64,000 nt of DNA from Leucoraja erinacea (Eukaryota). The stretch is taken from assembly GCF_028641065.1 (NCBI RefSeq), contig NC_073405.1, positions 16,368,001 through 16,432,000 on the forward strand. The letters are read 5' to 3'. Position 1 is the first letter of the stretch; each line of letters begins with the position of its first letter. Both the position numbers and the translations under genes were made by a program. Shown in pieces: positions 52,263 through 64,000 of the stretch. The notes below the pieces were generated by a model. It did no database searches, was not told the DNA's origin, and was given only the letters and a program-made list of their open reading frames with translations.

Positions 52263-52670
52263 TTCTGCATCACCTAGTGCAATCTGACCAAAATCCTCGG
52301 TTATCTCAGGGAAGAATTTGGCAGTTAATACTTGTACATTAAAGGATTTACTCCTCAAAAGGCTAGTATTATACTTTACTTGTTTTACATATAAAAAATA
52401 ATTCCACCACGGAATAAAAGCTCATTATTAATAGCATTTGTACTCTACATATCATATACTGGAGATTATTTGTTCTCTGGCTATCCCCACTCTCAGCATC
52501 CACTCATCCCCTAGAACCCCAGGTAAAAGTCACACCTTGTACAAAATTGAATACACATTCAGCAGAACAAAGCTGAGCTTTAAAGGCAATGGCTTGGATT
52601 AATGCAGTGCAGCATCCGTGCTCTGTACACAGGTATGGCTGCATGCAGCAAGGGGAATGTGGAGGATGAA

Positions 52671-52752
52671 TATATATACATATATATACACATATTACAT
52701 ATGTATATATATATATAAAAGAGAGAGAGAGAGAGAATGAGAGAGAGAGTGA
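52671..52752. repeat. (TA)n and (GA)n microsatellites next to exon 1b
   Basis: Seen directly. Confidence 0.9.
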
Positions 52753-52766
52753 GAAAGCAAACATAC

Positions 52767-52802
52767 TGACAGAGAGGCAGCACAGAGACAGATGCGTTTC
52801 AT
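52767..52802 (-). CDS. ANKRD24: ANKRD24-like alternative first coding exon 1b
   Basis: MKRICLCAASLS then GTATGT donor, phase 0, in frame with the SQDW exon. Resembles the recalled alternative ANKRD24 start MKQLCLCAAASFA. Confidence 0.7.
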
Positions 52803-53099
52803 AACCAATCGCAGACACTTGACTGCCATGCAGCTTCAGTGGATGTTGCCCCCACAGCCTTCCTCAGATAGCGTTCGGCTGCTGCTCCTCTTCCCCAGCT
52901 AGAGTCAGTCCTGCAGCACAGCCGAGGCTCTCCTTCACGAATGTCCATGCCTCCATTTCCCCAGCACTGCAAGCACACTGCAGTTTACTGCAGAATCTGG
53001 TCTCTAATCTATTCCGTCCGCAAGCTGGGAGATCACAGCTAGCTTGCAGGATAGCATACAACGTCGCAGGACGAGCTATCCTGTGTCTGGCTCCTAACA

Positions 53100-53200
53100 G
53101 CAGCTTGCGATTCTCAGGGTCATCAATCAACCACTCTGCATTTAAATACAGCGCCAGAAATTTATGCAGAGCTGCAATCAGCAGTCAATAAACGGCCGTC
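53100..53200 (-). promoter_or_regulatory. Putative internal promoter for alternative exon 1b
   Basis: TATA-like TATTTAAA on the minus strand at 53148-53141, about 340 nt upstream of the ATG at 52802, with unique moderately CpG-containing sequence in between. Confidence 0.4.
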
Positions 53201-53514
53201 AGCTTGCCTGCCTGCTTGCTCACAGGACAGTTGGTAGTTGCAGGGCGTCACTCTGACTTTACACCTCTCACACGTAAACCTTGTGTGATTTATGTAATCA
53301 GTTTGTCACCTAGATACAGAGAACAGTGTAGCATAGGAACTGGCCCTTCAGACCATCGTGTCCATGCCAAACATAACGAGAAATTAAACTAATCTCTGCT
53401 GAATGTTTGAATGCACAGCCAGACTCCAGGCATGTCAGGTCTTCCTGCAGCCACAGGATGAATCCAATTCCATCAGCTAACACCTTGGATGAGAGACCTA
53501 TAAATCTCTCCCGC

Positions 53515-54425
53515 CCTTGTGCTCCCCAAACCTACATCCGAGACACCTCACAAGCTCTTCACCACTTCAAAAACTTCCAATTCTTTGGCCCCCCCATCAC
53601 TTCATCTTTACCATGGATGTCCAGTCCCTTGTACACAAAAACTCAGCGGGTGCAGCAGCATCTATGGATTGAAGGAAATAGGCAACGTTTCGGACCGAAA
53701 CCTTTCTTCAGACTTCACCCTTAATACATCCATTCCCCATCCGGAATGCCTCCAGGTCCACCATTTCTTCCTAGAACAGAGACCCAAACAGTTCCCCTCA
53801 ACTAACATTCTCCTTCACCTGGCTGCACTTTTTCAAATTTCTTTTGATTCCTCTCACTTTCTTCCCGTCAAATGTATAGTCATGGGTACTCGCACGGGCC
53901 CCAGCAATGCCTGCCTTTTCGATTGCTACATTGAATACACCGAGTTACAAATGTACCCCAGCACCATTCTCCAACTCGTTCTCTGCTACATCAATGACTG
54001 CTTTGAGGATGTCTCCTGCACCATGCGCAACTCTATCTCTATGCTCCCCTCTACTCCATCTTTGAGGAAGGTCCCCCTAGTCCTCACCTTTCAGCTAATC
54101 CTCCGTCAAACACCCCCCATATTGTCCCCCGGGCACTTTCCCTTTGCAACCGCAAGAGATGCAACACTTGTCCCTTTACCTCCCCCATCTCTTTTACTCC
54201 CCTCGTCCGCTGCTCTAGATGTCAGCAGATCTATATAGGTGAGACCAAGCGGAGGTTGGGCGATACTCCATTCAACTCCCCCTCCCACTCCCGCCTCCGA
54301 CCTCTCTGTCTGAAGAGCAGGGTCCCAAGCTAAAAATTCATGTCCTTCTATTTCCTCTCATAGATGCTGCTTGGCCTGCTGAGTCCTTCGGCATTTTGGC
54401 TTTTGCTCAAGTTTCCATCATCTAC
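53515..54425 (+). mobile_element. Degraded Penelope-like retroelement (RT and GIY-YIG remnants with 3' terminus)
   Basis: TYIRDTSQALH, FTMDVQSLYT, SIPH, MGTRTGPSNACLF, YINDCF and IYIGETKRRLGD motifs. The 3' part (54309-54425) resembles the short repeat family. Nested short element at about 53631-53714. Confidence 0.8.
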
Positions 54426-55929
54426 GGTCATTTATGTCTCCATCAGTCAGGAAAATCTAGTAGGATTCCCAACACGCCCTTCCAGCAGCCCAAGTCAGCA
54501 AGGCACTCAGTCTGACACGGGAGGTGCAGAGAGAGGGCTAATGGGATTGCTTGCTTGGGAGTTTATCAAATACATATTTTGAAAACATTCCCTTTCAATA
54601 CAGAGGTAATAAATGACACCATGTTTCAAACAAGGCATCGCCAGAGCTATCATGCCCAGAATTATTCAGAGAAACACAGTGTAACATTTTTCATTCCAAA
54701 TTCATTGAAACAATAGACAGCAACAGCCCAACTAACAATATGCACAAAGTCCTTTTTTTAATTTCACCAGGCTGCTGATTCATTACTTCCCAATCTACAC
54801 TGGCAGCCAAGGTTTATTTACCCTCACCCATTACTCACTGCCATCATGTTATGGTCAGGTGCCTACCATTATCAGACAGGCTCTTTTGAGGGCTCCCTCT
54901 CGTTCATGATGGCAGCATCTCGACAATAAGAAAAGCACAGAAAACAAATGCGAGCGAGTCACAAAACATTGGTGACGGCTAAACTGGTTTCCAAACCTCT
55001 CCCTGGAATCTTTGTTCTATTATTGCACGATCCAATCCAACTACCACCTCCCCCAACCCACACCTTCAGCTCTCTGGCGAAGAATACTGCTCTAATTTTA
55101 GGATAGCTTATTTTCAGTTCCTCCTCCATCTCTCACTCTATAGTTGGAAGATTTCAAAATGTCAGCAAATGTGGGGGAAAAAAAGTAAATTACCTGCATA
55201 AGATCAATTGCAAATTATAAACTCATCATTTATTCAATATTTCTGAAATGCGTGTCAAAACCAAGGATAAAATGCCACCATCTCTTTTAACTGACCCATC
55301 TCCCTCTATCTGCCCACTTTGAGGAGATTTTTCCCTGGTTAAAAGTAATCTGCCTCAGTGGAGCACGTCATTTCAGTGTGAGTGGGCTTAAGGAACTTAA
55401 GAAGTTACTTACCATGGCAGTCAGAACTATGTTCCTTTCATGTCCAGCAAAGCAAGGGTGAGCACACAGTTTACAGTAAGAGATTGAAAATAGATGTCCC
55501 CCACTATCACACAGTTCTACACTAGTCAGCTGCCGGTTGGGCTGGATTCAGTCTGTTCAATTTTTTAACATTATACTGAACATCCTGAAAAAGAGAAGTA
55601 GATTCTTGCTCCGCTCCAGCTAGTTTGTTCTCACAGGTAATTGAACATCACTATTCAAAGAGGCAGACTTTTCACAAGGAGTTTTCTTTCAAAGTTCCCC
55701 TATTGTTTGGAGAGGGGGAACCAAGGTGTCACCTGTGTAATGATGTAATACCGGATTAGGAGCTGCCTATTCCGCCCCTCAAATGCAATGCATTATTCAT
55801 TTAGATCCACAGTTCTCAACCTCTTTGAATGAGATCTCCACTTGTTTACACATCAGTGATCCCCTCCCTAGCAAAAATATAACCACCAGATAACGTCACA
55901 GCCTGCACCTTTTAAGAAGCTGGGCCAAT

Positions 55930-56345
55930 CCCAACAAACTGCTGGAGTAATTTAGCAGGACAGGCAGCATCTCTGGAGAGAAGGAATGAGTGAACTATCG
56001 AGTCCAGACCTTTCTTCAGAGTGAAAGTCAGGGGAAAGGGAAATGAAAGACATAGACAGTGATGTAGAGAGATATAGAACAAGTGAATGAAAGATATGCA
56101 AAGTTGATAGCCCTATTACTGGGGCCTAGATAGACACAAAGTGCTGGAGTAACTCAACGGGTCAGGCAGCATCTCAGGGGAAAATGTATAGGTGACGCTT
56201 TGAGTCCGGTCCCTTCTTTAGACTGAAGAAGGGTCCCAACCGGAAACGTCACCTTGCCATTTTCTCCAGAAAAGCTGCCTGACCTGCTAAGATACTTCAG
56301 CACTATGTGTCTATGTTTCGTGTAAACCAGCATCTGCAGTTCCTG
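55930..56345. mobile_element. Penelope-derived short elements (single arm 55935-56025; palindrome 56129-56343)
   Basis: Inverted arms. Plus-strand core CTGAAGA-AGGGTCCCAACCG-GAAAC-GTC at 56223-56250. Confidence 0.7.
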
Positions 56346-56394
56346 GTTATTTCTATTGCTGGGGCATGCCATGCAAATGTTTATCTATTTTCGC

Positions 56395-56672
56395 ATTTTA
56401 GTTTAGTTTAAATTAGAGATACAGCATGGACACAGGCCCTTCAGTCCGCAACTATCAGCAATCCCTGAACACCAGCACTATCCTGCACAAACTAGGGACA
56501 ATTTACAATTTTTACTGAGCCAATTAACCTACAAACCTGTGCGTCTTCGAAGTGTCGGAGGAAACTGGAGCACCCGGAGAAAACCCACACGGTCACGGGG
56601 AAAATGTACAAACTCCGTACAGACAGCACCTGTAGTCAGGTTTAAACCTGGGTCTCTGCCGCTGTGCCACCG
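56395..56672 (-). mobile_element. tRNA-derived V-SINE (HE1-like)
   Basis: Reverse complement of V-domain GTGGGTTTTCTCCGGGTGCTCCAGTTTCCTCC and a (CTAAA)n tail. Confidence 0.85.
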
Positions 56673-58989
56673 ACTTTCTTAGATAGCTTTGATATTATTA
56701 AATCCTCACAAATCCATTGACAGAAAAGTGAAAACAAGCGATACTACAAATGCTGGAATCTGGAGCAAATAAAATGTGCTGCTGCTGGAACTCAGTGGGT
56801 TGAGAAGCACACGTGCATGTAAAGGGATGGTCAATGATTCGGGTTGAGACCATGTATCAGGGTCTTACTATCAACCATGTGAACAAACTGGCACTGAAAG
56901 ATTGTCTGTGGAGATGGAGGACTTTTTTGAAATATACAATGTGTGTTGTGTATGAACACCAATTGTGAGAGGGAACAGGGAGTTCAGATTTAATGTGCAC
57001 CATTGTTCCTGTGTAGTAAACATGTTACACAGCGCATACATCAAATGCCATATATTTTTCTCCATTATTTATCCTTTCCTCTCCAACTCCACCCCATTGC
57101 CAAACACATTTCCATAGAGAAAGGACAGGAATTATAGCCATTGCACTCCCTTCCACTCAACCTCACCTCCAAAGACCAAGCAACCATCATGTATCCATGC
57201 TTGAACTACACCCACAGCAGACAACAGATTACATTCAACCAACCTCAAATTTCCACTTCTAATGGAGATTAATAATTAGGAAACTTGCATATTTGACTTC
57301 TTAAATATAGGTAAGGTACCCCAGATCTCAGGAAACCTGCCAACAACAGGAAGGTGAGAAAAGCAGTGTAGCAACACTGACCTTCCTTCCTTGATACTTT
57401 GCTTCTCTTCCCATGATTTGTTCTTAACCCAAAGGTTACTGATTCTGCAACAGCCCCACCATCAGCTGGTTGCGATTTCTCTTTGGCTGCTTCTTCTCCA
57501 ATCCCACAATAATTTTGCCCTTCTGCGTTCTCTGCTCTGCAGCAGAGGTTTTCCATCACACACCTTCATTCCCAACTGCTAGCCAAACCAAAAGGGGGAA
57601 AAGGATAGGCAACCAAGCCCTCATTCTGATGGGCAGCTTTGCATGTAGCAGCATCAAGCTGTGTGTAAAGCCAGGGTATAAAACTGTACGTGTCTCCACA
57701 TATCGGTTCAACCCATGCCTGGTGTTGCGAAAGATGCCCCTGGCCTTGTTGCTGCACAACGTTCTCTGGTGTCCTGTACCTTCTTGTACGATTCATTCAA
57801 AGCTCTGCTCACTCTTCCCAATTCCAGCCGACATTGGGCTCAAAAGCCACATAAAACCAACAACAAACAGATAATGGTGATCGCTGGGATCAGTAAATCC
57901 ATCTCACTCCTTCTGGTAACCCCACATAGCCAGCAGCTTTCAGACAACAGCCGAAAAATGTAAGAGCATCTATGGGCTGTTCCTATCATTAACACTATTA
58001 ATCTAGTGCTTTTCCTGTAAGGGTGAGGAACCGTTTTCAGTTACAATTAGAAAGTAAACAGAGTTTGGAAGAAACTAAGCTGCTGAATAACCTAGTGGTG
58101 AGTTGAAGTGGAAGCATAATTGAAACTGAAAAGCAATGGAAGGCAATGAATTATTAATTATGAGCATTGAGTCATTCACAAAATTCTTCCAGTCATCACA
58201 TTACCATTGAGACTGAGAAACCAAATTACATTCCTACCTGAGCCCTGCCGAGGGATGATTTGTATTGTGTGCTCTGAGTAGAGTATAAGTGATGCTACCT
58301 GATATGAAGAGATAGCAAACTTCCTCCTTTGATGGCCATTAATGCTCTATATATGCCAATGAGACTCTTAAGGTTGAAGTTAAACCCTCCATATTTGTGT
58401 AAGATTAATAACACTAGGGCAGGAGGCCATTTTGGTACCAAATACAAACAAATTATAGAATGGGAACAGGGCACGGTAGATACTGGTTTACAAAAAAGGA
58501 TGCAAAATGCTGGAGTAACTCTGCAGGTCACACAGCATCCCTAGAGAACACGGATAGGTGACATTTCAGGTTGGGACCCTTCAGGTGACATTTCAGGTTG
58601 GGAACCTTCAATCTAAAACAGCTACTCCAATTGTTATTTGCCCCACCTACTTTCATTATTATAGTAAAACCGTTCTTGTCCAATTTTATAAGACCCCTCC
58701 AATCCTGACTTTACATCCTAATCCTACCATCAGAACCATCTAACCCCAATCCCACACCTGATGCCTCCTTGCCCTGATCCTACAGTCAGAAACCTCCCTT
58801 CCTAGAATCACTGAAATAATAAAGAAACCAATGCCAAGGTCCTCTCCTTGGGCAATTTCCCACGCATTGAGGTCCTAATTACACTCAGATAGCTCTGTTG
58901 GGCAGGTTGCACCATTCACAAGCCCAAGACCAGAATCCCAAGACAGACACTCCAAAAGAAGCTTGATCGTGATAAGTGATTACCTGATG

Positions 58990-59160
58990 GACAGAGGAAA
59001 ACATTTAAGGATGACTCAAGTCTCTTTGAAAAAGTGCAATGTCCCCACAGAGCCTTGGAAGTGCCTGGACAATAATCTCTCAAAGTGGAGAAGGAGCACT
59101 TGGGATGGCATTCAGAACTTGAAGTTCATGCATCAGGAATACATAGGAGTCCCATTTATA
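58990..59160 (+). mobile_element. RTE-clade LINE C-terminal remnant
   Basis: SLKKCNVPTEPWKCL...KWRRSTWDG resembles RTE C-terminal 'LKxxxI...WE.LA.DR..WR' motifs. Confidence 0.45.
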
Positions 59161-59789
59161 TGACATAAAACACCAACTCCCAAGTTATCTGCACACCTGC
59201 TTCACCATGCATTTGTCACAGCCCGAGAATCTACTTCCCATAGGTGTGCACTTAGCGAATCTCATCTGAAGCTTTAGATGGACTAATGATGTGGAAGTCA
59301 CAGATTAGTAAGGCGGGATGGGGATATTGCACAGGAAATCAGCAAGTTTCCCATTTCTGATTTTCATGGACCCAAGTAATCTATGCTTGGGTATCTGGTA
59401 AGGACTGGATAAACCCCTAAAGATGTCATTCACAGTTAACGAGCCCACCAACAGGGCATATAGGGTACAAAGTGAAAGGTTAGCTGGTATCAGTGTCTTT
59501 AGTGTATAACTAGTGAATATTGGAAAGGGATGAAAATACTATTAATCGGAAAACAATTTACTCTATCAACATTAGATTTCCAGCTAACCTCTGGTGAAGG
59601 TGAGAAAGTAAAAATTAAAATACATTCATTTATTCATAAAAAGGCAGCAGACAGTAAGCTGGTGTCATCAGGGCAGCTTATGTTCCCTCTGCAGTTTCTA
59701 TGGAAGCGGTTTAAAGTGTCACATTTAACCCTCTTTCAATTTGCATCTTCTGTATCAACAGATGGTGAGCTGAGGAAATAAACACTCAC

Positions 59790-59825
59790 CTCACTTTTCT
59801 TGAATTTCGCTTTTAAACTTTTCAT
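59790..59825 (-). CDS. ANKRD24: ANKRD24-like coding exon 1a: N-terminal amphipathic helix
   Basis: MKSLKAKFKKSE then GTGAGT donor; matches N-Ank N-termini (RAI14 MKSLKAKFRKSD, ANKRD24 MKTLRARFKKTE). Acceptor AG at 59884-59883. Confidence 0.85.
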
Positions 59826-60965
59826 TTTTTTGAGTGTTTTAGTCCAACTCCTGCCTCTCTTTGGGATATTACGAGCTGGAAACTGTGGAAAATAAAACAT
59901 ACATCAGTAACCCAGCTGGTCAGAGATCAGAAGCTGTACAGATTGCATTTCAATAACAGTTGAACGCAAATTCCATGTCCTTGTTTAAATGGACAGTGAT
60001 TACTTTAATGTACATGGTAGGAGTGGTCAATCACCCCATTAATATATGTGAGGGATTAGTTATTTTATAATCACATTAATGTGCAGGAGGCACAAATAAC
60101 TCTAATATACATACAGAATCAATTTGTCTGCAATATACACATGGAATTTATTGGTCATTTTCTATTCTTTATTTTCAATACTGCATAAATATGTTCTAAT
60201 ATACATTAAGATATAAGCTACTTAGCATTGCTTGTAACATTAATAAGGGTATGTGCTCATCCCAAGAAGACACATGAGCCAGAGTGATTGCTATTAATTG
60301 ATGCAGTGGTTCTTATTAATGCAATGAGTGTAGATGTTCGGATTAACTGCAATGTCATCCACATTCACTCTCTCCACAGTTGAATGGCTTGCTGACACTC
60401 ACTGCATGCCACAGTTGTGTAACCTCCCAAAATGTACTGCCCTCTGAGTTTGGATACGATGCCTAAAAATAATTGCTTAATCTCAACTAATAGCCACTCA
60501 GGAAAATTGATTGGCATGATGCCCACTACTCATACTTAATCTCACGTGGGCTGTTTCTGCTGCTACACTTACTTCCATTGGCTTTGAATTGGCACTCAAA
60601 GCAAGGCCCTACTGCTACATCTGCCAACCTCAACTAGGCCACAAGCATTGCCCTAGAAACACAATAGGCATTCTTATTCAAGACCTTGCAGCATTTTAAT
60701 AGTTTAATATAGGCTAGTTGGATATTGTATTAAATCTACTAGTTTTCTGTAGTAACAAAATCAGAAAATGCTGGAAGCACCCAGCTGGTCCGGAAGCATC
60801 TGTGAAAGGAGAAACAGAGTTAATTTTTCCATGTCAAATACCCTTTGTCAGGTCAGAGCTGAATTTCTTCAAGGTTGGTTTTCAAGGTTTCTAAGATGAT
60901 TGGAATTCATTGGGAGTCATTGCAACCTGTGAAACAGTAATGTCCTAGCGCCGGGGAATTCTTAC

Positions 60966-61700
60966 GGAGACGCGGTGTCCGGGACTTGCAGTGAAGCCGC
61001 GATAGAGAGTTCCTCTCTCCCCATCCCTCTCCCCATCTCTCCCCATCCCTCTTCCCGCCGCCTCGCCTTTACCCACAGCCAGGTGTCGCTCGGTAGAAAG
61101 GAACTGCAAATGCTGGTTTACACCGAAGGTAGACACAATGTGCTGGAGTAACTCAGCAGGATAGGTAGCATCTTTGGGGAAAAGGAAAAGGTGACATTTC
61201 GGGTCGAGACCCTTCTCCGGAGATGTTGCCTGACCCGCTGAGTTATTGCAGCATTTTGTGTGTACCCGCGTTGATGACTGATGCTCAGCTTTCGCCAGCA
61301 CCGAGGGGGTTAACCGACAGCCACTGGATAAAGCGAGAGGTGCAGCTGACGTTCCCCGGCCCGTCGGGGAACTGGTTCCTCGGCAGTTGGAGCAGAATTG
61401 AGCTGGAGTTAGCCCTTTTTCCCTGCACTGTCTGTAAGCCTGGGGTCGCCACTGCTCCGGGCCGGTGTCCCATCAGTCCACAGTCACCCCAGACATCTCC
61501 GGCCGCCCTCAGACAGGGATGGGACACTCGGGAGGGGACGGCGACGATAGTGAGACTCAGCTCACAAATCTGCCTCCTGAGGTTATGTAAGCGAGGGGTG
61601 CATGGTTCGCCCCTGTATAATAACCCTGTATAACCCGGGAGGGCAGCCCGAGTGAGAATGGAACCCAAACACCCAGGCCGAGAGGGACTGGACCGTGATT
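60966..61700 (-). promoter_or_regulatory. CpG-rich putative promoter and upstream exon of the ANKRD24-like gene
   Basis: Local CpG/GC enrichment. Donor TCC|GTAAGA at 60966/60965 lies about 1.1 kb upstream of the acceptor at 59883. TSS cannot be determined from sequence. Confidence 0.55.
61093..61263. mobile_element. Palindromic Penelope-derived element inside the ANKRD24 CpG-rich region
   Basis: Same family as 2774-3003; its counterpart is at 23388-23558. Confidence 0.75.
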
Positions 61701-61974
61701 CATTTGATTGTCACTGCTGAGATTTCTGCATGAACCAGTGGAGAAGGGAGAACTAGTGTCGCCAACTCCAGTAGCAATTCAACAGCGCTTGCAGCGCCGG
61801 ATACCTGGTTCAATCCAGACTACGGATGAAACGCAGATCTGTATACACGCAGCAATTCAGCTGCCGAGAATATTTATTTCCAGTGACCCATGACCTGCGC
61901 ATGCACAGTCAGAATACTGAACTCGCTTATTAGATTCCAGTTCGCATCACCATGTCAAAATAAGGAAAAACAGA

Positions 61975-62335
61975 CTTTGAAAGCATTGTATTTACATAGC
62001 ATCAGTCAATAATTCACTTCACTTTTTGAAATTTGGAAACATAACAATTTGTGCACAGACAGCTCCCATAAAACAGCAATGTGTTAATTAGCCAGTAATC
62101 TGTTTAGATAATGCTATTTGTTCGTCAGATCTCCAATGTTAATATCTCTGCTGATCTTCAAAATAGTCCACTGGGATCTTTTTTGTCTATACGAGAGAAT
62201 AGACGTGGCCTCACTTCATCTGAAAATGACCCTTGACAAATTCTGCATTAAAGTGTCAGCCTTGTTTTTTGTACTCAGTTCCCTGGAATGTGATAATCTT
62301 CTGACAGTGCTATTCCTGAGCCACAGTTTAGTTTA
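61975..62335 (-). mobile_element. Ancient Deu-domain SINE-like remnant
   Basis: 'tgggatctttt...gacgtggcctcacttcatctgaaa...gtgtcagccttg...gtactcagttccctgga' resembles the reverse complement of the recalled SacSINE1/AmnSINE1 core. Confidence 0.45.
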
Positions 62336-63442
62336 GATTCCAGCATCAACTCATAACAATAATTTTTAATTACACACATCATCTCTGAAATTTGAGATGC
62401 AAGACATTGGATTAAAAAAAATCCCAATTCAAATAATATCACCAAAGCAAATTTAATTGCTTCAGGCTATGGAAGCGTGCCAATATCTTTTTCACAAATT
62501 TCCTAAACAGCCAATTATTCTTATTGGCACTGAATAGCTACTGGCAATATTGCAGGTAACTCCTACCTGTAGTCCAATACGCAATGCCTCCTTTATGAAA
62601 CTTGATAACAGCTGGCATTTGTATGACTTCCTCAACAAGGGTGCATCTTTTAACTGTTGTATTTTGTCTGTATGCTGTGGAACTGCAACTGTGAGCATGT
62701 TGCTTCATGTCGCTTCATGTAGCCTGATACCCCCCCGATTGAATGACAAATAAAGGACCAATGAAGAGCAACTGTTTGCACTCTAAATATGGCTGTGTGA
62801 ACCAATGAACTGAAGCTGTGGGTGAGCTCAACAACAAGGAGCCTAGAGTTACATTGCTTTGCTCCAGCCCTGGGAAACAATGGAAATCAATTTATACATT
62901 CACAAGCAACAGGTTCTGGATTCCAAAACAGCCATAGCAAAGTTCAACTACCACTTTCTGGATTAATTTGATAACAATTTTCAGCAACTTCCATGACATT
63001 AAATCACCTCATCTCTACAACCTCTTTCAGTGCTAAACCATAAAACATTTCTTCCTTCCATTTCAGGCATAACCCCCTTTCACTCATTCCACCCTCACCC
63101 GCCTATCCTTTCCGTTAAAATATTTAATAAAACTTTTTATCCAAGGTTCAAGTCGCCTAATACATAATCACCTAAGTTATTAATCTCAGATATAAAATAA
63201 GAACACCTCTACAACCCACCTTGCACCCATGGCATAATTTCACTTTGCTGGTGGACTTGCAGATTAATTATATAATAATTTGGACGGGGCATCTTGGCTG
63301 CCATGGACAAGTTGGGCTGAAGGGCCAAGTTTCATTGCTGTAGGACAGCAAGACTCAATTTTATTAAAGATGCCTGCTTGTGAATCCTGGGCAAGTTTTC
63401 CACATACACCAATTTGTATTGTTGTTATGTTCTCTAAATCCC

Positions 63443-63509
63443 ATAATTCAGAGAACTTTTACCAGTGCTCTTCATTATGAAGAGCACTGGTAAAAGTTCT
63501 CTGAATTAT
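63443..63509. repeat. Perfect inverted repeat (33-bp arms, 1-nt spacer)
   Basis: ATAATTCAGAGAACTTTTACCAGTGCTCTTCAT-T-ATGAAGAGCACTGGTAAAAGTTCTCTGAATTAT. Confidence 0.95.
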
Positions 63510-63519
63510 ACAATTAGAC

Positions 63520-63935
63520 GCATAGAAAACTCTTCAGCCTAACTTGCCCATGCCGACCAACATGCCGCATCTTCACTAGTCCCACCTGCCCATGTTTAAC
63601 CCATATTCCAATCATTTTTTCCTATCCATGTACTGTACCTGTTCAAAAGTGTGTCAAATGTTGTTATTGTCCTGCCTCAACTACTTCCTCCGGCAGCTCA
63701 TTCCATATACGGCATTTACCAGCCTGTGTGAAAAAGCTGACCCTCGGGTTCCTATTAAATCTTTCCTCTCTCACCTTAAATCTATATCATCTGCTTCTGG
63801 GTAAAATACTGTGTGCACTCACCATACCTATTTCCCCTCATGATGTTATACACCTTCTATAAGATCACCTAGCCTGCCTAACCTCTCCCTAAAGCTCAGG
63901 CCCTCTAAAACTGGCAATATTCTTGTAAATCTTGT
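63520..63935 (-). mobile_element. CR1-type LINE 3' fragment
   Basis: Same family as 8610-9285. Confidence 0.7.
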
Positions 63936-64000
63936 TCAAGAAGGAACTGCTTGTTCAAGAAGGAACTGCAGATCTGGAAAATCAAAGGTACACAAAAATG

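Overview
Eukaryotic vertebrate DNA, most likely a cartilaginous fish and probably a skate or ray (inferred from the repeat families: V-SINE/HE1-type SINEs, CR1 LINEs, Penelope-derived short repeats). I rebuilt two multi-exon minus-strand genes by hand from GT-AG splice sites and consistent reading phase. (1) An ANKRD24-like N-Ank protein: 20 coding exons at 59825->21026, about 1063 aa, with ankyrin repeats and a long coiled coil, an alternative Cys-containing first exon (52802-52767) and a CpG-rich upstream exon near 60966. (2) Downstream, a secreted EBI3-like cytokine subunit: 6 coding exons at 10398->1439, 307 aa, which unlike mammalian EBI3 keeps an N-terminal Ig domain. Introns and intergenic DNA are dense with retroelements (CR1, L2, Rex1/Babar, RTE, Penelope, tRNA-derived V-SINEs), a Harbinger-type MITE and a probable Helitron-like element. 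Main observations: many short Penelope-derived insertions with target-site duplications (TSDs) that carry a minimal hammerhead-ribozyme core; the Ig-bearing EBI3; and a diverged copy of the ANKRD24 promoter/exon-1 region inside one of that gene's last introns. Gene names come from recalled sequence similarity and synteny, not a database search. There is an assembly gap of 216 N at 5045-5260.
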